Assembly (NCBI GenBank): GCA_002189035.1
Contig: NEEC01000051.1
Location: 1-31,822, forward strand
Direction: 5' to 3'
Source: Utricularia gibba
Lineage: Eukaryota; Plantae; Magnoliophyta
DNA: 31,822 bases
Part shown: piece by piece, positions 23,751 through 31,822 of the stretch
Layout: the number at the start of each line of letters is the position of its first letter
Numbering within the stretch: position 1 is the first letter of the stretch
Position numbers and translations under genes: made by a program
Notes under the pieces: generated by a model
Database searches by the model: none
Seen by the model: only the letters and a program-made list of their open reading frames with translations
Told to the model about the DNA's origin: nothing

Positions 23751-26700
23751 GAAAAGGGCTTCCCAACAGTGTGCTATGAAGAGCAAGGATCTGCATGTTA
23801 TGCAAGAGGTGCTTCGCGGACCAGGATGTGCGACGTAGTCATTTCATTGCGCATCATCATTCGGGGTGCATCCTAAAAATCACACGTGCACGGGATTCAT
23901 TAAAAATAAATATTTACGCATATCCAGAGTGTATAACAGTGTTGGGATAAGTGATGCCACGAAATTCATGATGTAGCATGTGACTTTTTTCCAACTTGAT
24001 CGCATAGTAGATGAATTCTGACACCATATGTTGATGCATTTAGTTGCTATGATACTTCTGATTCTTGATGCACCATTCCCGTATACCATGTCTCTAGTGG
24101 CTATTTGATTCTTTTGCCTTGTATGTTGTTCGCATCAATTTCGAGAACATGAAGCACATTATTAAATGCAGTCACCACGGAATGCCACGTGAGACACCTT
24201 TCGTTGTGGCCCTTTTTTAATATGTCCACAGTTATCGGACAAACGTAACTCCAAATTATAATACTTGGAGCTCGAAAAGGGCTTCCCAACAGTGTGCTAT
24301 GAAGAGCAAGGATCTGCATGTTATGCAAGAGGTGCTTCGCGGACCAGGATGTGCGACGTAGTCATTTCATTGCGCATCACCATTCGGGATGCAGCCGAAA
24401 AATCACACGTGCACCGGATTTGTTAAAAATAAATATTTACGCATATCCTGAGTATACAACAGTGTTGGGATAAGTGATGCCACGAAATTCATGATGTAAC
24501 ATGTGACTTTTTTCCATCTTGATCGCATATCCGATGAAGTTTGACACCATATGTTTTGGCTGTTGATTGATTCAATTAGTTGCTATGATACTTCTGATTC
24601 TTGATGCACCATTCCCATACACCATGTCTCTAGTGGCTATTTGATTCTTTTGCCGTGTATCCCATTTGCATCAATGTCGAGAACGAGAAGCACATTCTTA
24701 GACGCAGCCACCAAGAAAGGACACCTAAGACACTTTTCGTTGTGGCTTGTTTTTAATATGTCCACAGTTATCGGACAAACGTAACTCCAAATTATAATAC
24801 TTGGAGCTCGAAAAGGGCTTCCCAACAGTGTGCTATGAAGAGCAAGGATCTGCATGTTATGCAAGAGGTGCTTCGCGGACCAGGATGTGCGACGTAGTCA
24901 TTTCATTGCGCATCATCATTCGGGGTGCATCCTAAAAATCACACGTGCACGGGATTCATTAAAAATAAATATTTACGCATATCCAGAGTGTATAACAGTG
25001 TTGGGATAAGTGATGCCACGAAATTCATGATGTAGCATGTGACTTTTTTCCAACTTGATCGCATAGTAGATGAATTCTGACACCATATGTTGATGCATTT
25101 AGTTGCTATGATACTTCTGATTCTTGATGCACCATTCCCGTATACCATGTCTCTAGTGGCTATTTGATTCTTTTGCCTTGTATGTTGTTCGCATCAATTT
25201 CGAGAACATGAAGCACATTATTAAATGCAGTCACCACGGAATGCCACGTGAGACACCTTTCGTTGTGGCCCTTTTTTAATATGTCCACAGTTATCGGACA
25301 AACGTAACTCCAAATTATAATACTTGGAGCTCGAAAAGGGCTTCCCAACAGTGTGCTATGAAGAGCAAGGATCTGCATGTTATGCAAGAGGTGCTTCGCG
25401 GACCAGGATGTGCGACGTAGTCATTTCATTGCGCATCACCATTCGGGATGCAGCCGAAAAATCACACGTGCACCGGATTTGTTAAAAATAAATATTTACG
25501 CATATCCTGAGTATACAACAGTGTTGGGATAAGTGATGCCACGAAATTCATGATGTAACATGTGACTTTTTTCCATCTTGATCGCATATCCGATGAAGTT
25601 TGACACCATATGTTTTGGCTGTTGATTGATTCAATTAGTTGCTATGATACTTCTGATTCTTGATGCACCATTCCCATACACCATGTCTCTAGTGGCTATT
25701 TGATTCTTTTGCCGTGTATCCCATTTGCATCAATGTCGAGAACGAGAAGCACATTCTTAGACGCAGCCACCAAGAAAGGACACCTAAGACACTTTTCGTT
25801 GTGGCTTGTTTTTAATATGTCCACAGTTATCGGACAAACGTAACTCCAAATTATAATACTTGGAGCTCGAAAAGGGCTTCCCAACAGTGTGCTATGAAGA
25901 GCAAGGATCTGCATGTTATGCAAGAGGTGCTTCGCGGACCAGGATGTGCGACGTAGTCATTTCATTGCGCATCATCATTCGGGGTGCATCCTAAAAATCA
26001 CACGTGCACGGGATTCATTAAAAATAAATATTTACGCATATCCAGAGTGTATAACAGTGTTGGGATAAGTGATGCCACGAAATTCATGATGTAGCATGTG
26101 ACTTTTTTCCAACTTGATCGCATAGTAGATGAATTCTGACACCATATGTTGATGCATTTAGTTGCTATGATACTTCTGATTCTTGATGCACCATTCCCGT
26201 ATACCATGTCTCTAGTGGCTATTTGATTCTTTTGCCTTGTATGTTGTTCGCATCAATTTCGAGAACATGAAGCACATTATTAAATGCAGTCACCACGGAA
26301 TGCCACGTGAGACACCTTTCGTTGTGGCCCTTTTTTAATATGTCCACAGTTATCGGACAAACGTAACTCCAAATTATAATACTTGGAGCTCGAAAAGGGC
26401 TTCCCAACAGTGTGCTATGAAGAGCAAGGATCTGCATGTTATGCAAGAGGTGTTTCGCGGACCAGGATGTGCGACGTAGTCATTTCATTGCGCATCACCA
26501 TTCGGGATGCAGCCGAAAAATCACACGTGCACCGGATTTGTTAAAAATAAATATTTACGCATATCCTGAGTATACAACAGTGTTGGGATAAGTGATGCCA
26601 CGAAATTCATGATGTAACATGTGACTTTTTTCCATCTTGATCGCATATCCGATGAAGTTTGACACCATATGTTTTGGCTGTTGATTGATTCAATTAGTTG

Positions 26701-29040
26701 CTATGATACTTCTGATTCTTGATGCACCATTCCCATACACCATGTCTCTAGTGGCTATTTGATTCTTTTGCCGTGTATCCCATTTGCATCAATGTCGAGA
26801 ACGAGAAGCACATTCTTAGACGCAGCCACCAAGAAAGGACACCTAAGACACTTTTCGTTGTGGCTTGTTTTTAATATGTCCACAGTTATCGGACAAACGT
26901 AACTCCAAATTATAATACTTGGAGCTCGAAAAGGGCTTCCCAACAGTGTGCTATGAAGAGCAAGGATCTGCATGTTATGCAAGAGGTGCTTCGCGGACCA
27001 GGATGTGCGACGTAGTCATTTCATTGCGCATCATCATTCGGGGTGCATCCTAAAAATCACACGTGCACGGGATTCATTAAAAATAAATATTTACGCATAT
27101 CCAGAGTGTATAACAGTGTTGGGATAAGTGATGCCACGAAATTCATGATGTAGCATGTGACTTTTTTCCAACTTGATCGCATAGTAGATGAATTCTGACA
27201 CCATATGTTGATGCATTTAGTTGCTATGATACTTCTGATTCTTGATGCACCATTCCCGTATACCATGTCTCTAGTGGCTATTTGATTCTTTTGCCTTGTA
27301 TGTTGTTCGCATCAATTTCGAGAACATGAAGCACATTATTAAATGCAGTCACCACGGAATGCCACGTGAGACACCTTTCGTTGTGGCCCTTTTTTAATAT
27401 GTCCACAGTTATCGGACAAACGTAACTCCAAATTATAATACTTGGAGCTCGAAAGGGCTTCCCAACAGTGTGCTATGAAGAGCAAGGATCTGCATGTTAT
27501 GCAAGAGGTGCTTCGCGGACCAGGATGTGCGACGTAGTCATTTCATTGCGCATCACATTCGGGATGCAGCCAAAAATCACACGTGCACGGGATTTGTTAA
27601 AAATAAATATTTACGCATATCCTGAGTATAAACAGTGTTGGGATAAGTGATGCCACGAAATTCATGATGTAACATGTGACTTTTTTCCATCTTGATCGCA
27701 TATCCGATGAAGTTTGACACCATATGTTTTGGCTGTTGATTGATTCAATTAGTTGCTATGATACTTCTGATTCTTGATGCACCATTCCCATACACCATGT
27801 CTCTAGTGGCTATTTGATTCTTTTGCCGTGTATCCCATTTGCATCAATGTCGAGAACGAGAAGCACATTCTTAGACGCAGCCACCAAGAAAGGACACCTA
27901 AGACACTTTTCGTTGTGGCTTGTTTTTAATATGTCCACAGTTATCGGACAAACGTAACTCCAAATTATAATACTTGGAGCTCGAAAAGGGCTTCCCAACA
28001 GTGTGCTATGAAGAGCAAGGATCTGCATGTTATGCAAGAGGTGCTTCGCGGACCAGGATGTGCGACGTAGTCATTTCATTGCGCATCATCATTCGGGGTG
28101 CATCCTAAAAATCACACGTGCACGGATTCATTAAAAATAAATATTTACGCATATCCAGAGTGTATAACAGTGTTGGGATAAGTGATGCCACGAAATTCAT
28201 GATGTAGCATGTGACTTTTTTCCAACTTGATCGCATAGTAGATGAATTCTGACACCATATGTTGATGCATTTAGTTGCTATGATACTTCTGATTCTTGAT
28301 GCACCATTCCCGTATACCATGTCTCTAGTGGCTATTTGATTCTTTTGCCTTGTATGTTGTTCGCATCAATTTCGAGAACATGAAGCACATTATTAAATGC
28401 AGTCACCACGGAATGCCACGTGAGACACCTTTCGTTGTGGCCCTTTTTTAATATGTCCACAGTTATCGGACAAACGTAACTCCAAATTATAATACTTGGA
28501 GCTCGAAAAGGGCTTCCCAACAGTGTGCTATGAAGAGCAAGGATCTGCATGTTATGCAAGAGGTGCTTCGCGGACCAGGATGTGCGACGTAGTCATTTCA
28601 TTGCGCATCACCATTCGGGATGCAGCCGAAAAATCACACGTGCACCGGATTTGTTAAAAATAAATATTTACGCATATCCTGAGTATACAACAGTGTTGGG
28701 ATAAGTGATGCCACGAAATTCATGATGTAACATGTGACTTTTTTCCATCTTGATCGCATATCCGATGAAGTTTGACACCATATGTTTTGGCTGTTGATTG
28801 ATTCAATTAGTTGCTATGATACTTCTGATTCTTGATGCACCATTCCCATACACCATGTCTCTAGTGGCTATTTGATTCTTTTGCCGTGTATCCCATTTGC
28901 ATCAATGTCGAGAACGAGAAGCACATTCTTAGACGCAGCCACCAAGAAAGGACACCTAAGACACTTTTCGTTGTGGCTTGTTTTTAATATGTCCACAGTT
29001 ATCGGACAAACGTAACTCCAAATTATAATACTTGGAGCTC

Positions 29041-31051
29041 GAAAAGGGCTTCCCAACAGTGTGCTATGAAGAGCAAGGATCTGCATGTTATGCAAGAGGT
29101 GCTTCGCGGACCAGGATGTGCGACGTAGTCATTTCATTGCGCATCATCATTCGGGGTGCATCCTAAAAATCACACGTGCACGGGATTCATTAAAAATAAA
29201 TATTTACGCATATCCAGAGTGTATAACAGTGTTGGGATAAGTGATGCCACGAAATTCATGATGTAGCATGTGACTTTTTTCCACTTGATCGCATAGTAGA
29301 TGAATTTGACACCATATGTTGATATGTTGCTATGATACTTCTGATTCTTGATGCACCATTCCCGTATACCATGTCTCTAGTGGCTATTTGATTCTTTTGC
29401 CTGTATGTGCATCAATTTCGAGAACAGAAGCACATTATTAACGCAGCACCACTTGAGACACTTTCGTTGTGGCTTTTTTTAATATGTCCACAGTTATCGG
29501 ACAAACGTAACTCCAAATTATAATACTTGGAGCTCGAAAAGGGCTTCCCAACAGTGTGCTATGAAGAGCAAGGATCTGCATGTTATGCAAGAGGTGTTCG
29601 CGGACCAGGATGTGCGACGTAGTCATTTCATTGCGCATCATCATTCGGGTGCATCCTAAAAATCACACGTGCACGGATTCATTAAAAATAAATATTTACG
29701 CATATCCAGAGTGTATAACAGTGTTGGGATAAGTGATGCCACGAAATTCATGATGTAGCATGTGACTTTTTTCCAACTTGATCGCATAGTAGATGAATTC
29801 TGACACCATATGTTGATGCATTTAGTTGCTATGATACTTCTGATTCTTGATGCACCATTCCCGTATACCATGTCTCTAGTGGCTATTTGATTCTTTTGCC
29901 TTGTATGTTGTTCGCATCAATTTCGAGAACATGAAGCACATTATTAAATGCAGCACCACGAATGCCACGTGAGACACTTTCGTTGTGGCTTTTTTTAATA
30001 TGTCCACAGTTATCGGACAAACGTAACTCCAAATTATAATACTTGGAGCTCGAAAAGGGCTTCCCAACAGTGTGCTATGAAGAGCAAGGATCTGCATGTT
30101 ATGCAAGAGGTGCTTCGCGGACCAGGATGTGCGACGTAGTCATTTCATTGCGCATCATCATTCGGGTGCATCCTAAAAATCACACGTGCACGGGATTTTT
30201 AAAAATAAATATTTACGCATATCCAGAGTATAACAGTGTTGGGATAAGTGATGCCACGAAATTCATGATGTAACATGTGACTTTTTTCCAACTTGATCGC
30301 ATAGTAGATGAATTTGACACATATGTTATGATTGATTTAGTTGCTATGATACTTCTGATTCTTGATGCACCATTCCCTATACCATGTCTCTAGTGGCTAT
30401 TTGATTCTTTTGCCTTGTATGTTTTCGCATCAATTTCGAGAACATGAAGCACATTTATGAGACACTTTTCGTTGTGGCCCTTTTTTAATATGTCCACAGT
30501 TATCGACAAACGTAACTCCAAATTATAATACTTGGAGCTCGAAAAGGGCTTCCCAACAGTGCTATGAAGAGCAAGGATCTGCATGTTATGCAAGAGGTGT
30601 TCGCGGACCAGGATGTGCGACGTAGTCATTTCATTGCGCATCACCATTCGGGATGCAGCCTAAAAATCACACGTGCACCGGATTTTAAAAATAAATATTT
30701 ACGCATATCCAGAGTATACAACAGTGTTGGGATAAGTGATGCCACGAAATTCATGATGTAACATGTGACTTTTTTCCATCTTGATCGCATATAGATGAAG
30801 TTTGACACCATATGTTGATTGCATTTAGTTGCTATGATACTTCTGATTCTTGATGCACCATTCCCGTATACCATGTCTCTAGTGGCTATTTGATTCTTTT
30901 GCCTTGTATGGTTTGCATCAATTTCGAGAACAGAAGCACATTCTTAGACGCAGCACCAAGAAAGGACACCTAAGACACTTTTCGTTGTGGCTTTTTAATA
31001 TGTCCACAGTTATCGGACAAACGTAACTCCAAATTATAATACTTGGAGCTC
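29041..31051. repeat. Degenerate stretch: three A-like monomers then one B-like mosaic monomer, with many short deletions
   Basis: Landmarks at 29041, 29536, 30052, 30541 and 31052 (spacings 495, 516, 489, 511). The alleles are mixed and bases are missing at diagnostic sites. Confidence 0.88.
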
Positions 31052-31573
31052 GAAAAGGGCTTCCCAACAGTGTGCTATGAAGAGCAAGGATCTGCATGTT
31101 ATGCAAGAGGTGCTTCGCGGACCAGGATGTGCGACGTAGTCATTTCATTGCGCATCATCATTCGGGGTGCATCCTAAAAATCACACGTGCACGGGATTCA
31201 TTAAAAATAAATATTACGCATATCCAGAGTGTATAACAGTGTTGGGATAAGTGATGCCACGAAATTCATGATGTAGCATGTGACTTTTTTCCAACTTGAT
31301 CGCATAGTAGATGAATTCTGACACCATATGTTGATGCATTTAGTTGCTATGATACTTCTGATTCTTGATGCACCATTCCCGTATACCATGTCTCTAGTGG
31401 CTATTTGATTCTTTTGCCTTGTATGTTGTTCGCATCAATTTCGAGAACATGAAGCACATTATTAAATGCAGTCACCACGGAATGCCACGTGAGACACCTT
31501 TCGTTGTGGCCCTTTTTTAATATGTCCACAGTTATCGGACAAACGTAACTCCAAATTATAATACTTGGAGCTC

Positions 31574-31822
31574 GAAAAGGGCTTCCCAACAGTGTGCTAT
31601 GAAGAGCAAGGATCTGCATGTTATGCAAGAGGTGCTTTCGCGGACCAGGATGTGCGACGTAGTCATTTCATTGCGCATCACCATTCGGGATGCAGCCGAA
31701 AAATTCCCATACACCATGTCTCTAGTGGCTATTTGATTCTTTTTGCCGTGTATCCCATTTGCATCAATGTCGAGAACGAGAAGCACATTCTTAGACGCAG
31801 CCACCAAGAAAGGACACCTAAG
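31574..31822. repeat. Terminal B monomer with a 209-nt internal deletion, truncated by the window end
   Basis: The sequence reads GCAGCCGAAAAA directly into TTCCCATACACC at 31703/31704, skipping B positions 130-338. Confidence 0.92.

Larger units (their letters stand above)
11052..29040. repeat. Second regular block: (A-B)x17, including a run of mosaic B monomers at ~14751-19200
   Basis: 17,989 bp is about 17 x 1,059. Several consecutive dimers between ~21.6 and ~27.4 kb are essentially error-free. Confidence 0.95.
1..31822. repeat. Tandem array of an A-B heterodimeric 1,059-bp higher-order repeat (about 30 dimers, 60-61 monomers); family and organism not recognised
   Basis: The landmark GAAAAGGGCTTCCCAACAG recurs at alternating 523/536-bp intervals (e.g. 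22692, 23215, 23751). Identical ORFs recur at 1,059-bp spacing in the ORF track (22519, 23578, 24637, 25696, 26755). There is no unique sequence anywhere in the window, and both ends lie inside the array. Confidence 0.99.

Noticed and set aside
1-31822. CRISPR array, or 5S, tRNA, snRNA or spliced-leader gene array
   Set aside because: No short repeats with unique spacers, no cas genes, and none of the diagnostic motifs of these RNAs were seen on either strand.

Overview
The whole 31,822-bp window is one head-to-tail tandem array (about 41% GC) of two related monomers: A (523 bp) and B (536 bp), about 89-90% identical. They alternate as a 1,059-bp A-B higher-order unit, about 30 dimers or 60-61 monomers. 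Copies of the same type are almost identical. I find no credible gene: every ORF in the six-frame track is a 60-150 aa repeat-derived frame, the monomer lengths are not multiples of 3, and no rRNA, tRNA, snRNA, CRISPR, transposase or terminal-repeat signature is visible. I cannot assign a taxon or a named satellite family. The main observations are these. (i) A/B divergence is very uneven: a 166-nt hairpin-rich core has 1 difference, next to a 95-nt block with 23. (ii) By eye each monomer folds into two long back-to-back imperfect hairpins (quasi-rod-like). Several A/B differences are compensatory or G-U-preserving on the + strand, and the B-specific 13-nt insert can fold on itself. This raises the unproven possibility of a structured RNA or ssDNA unit rather than neutral satellite. 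(iii) The array may be a real chromosomal higher-order repeat or an unrolled ~1.06-kb circle. (iv) Local phase breaks and A/B mosaic stretches carry deletions exactly at A/B-diagnostic sites, which looks like long-read consensus artefact. All pairings and counts were done by hand and need computational confirmation.
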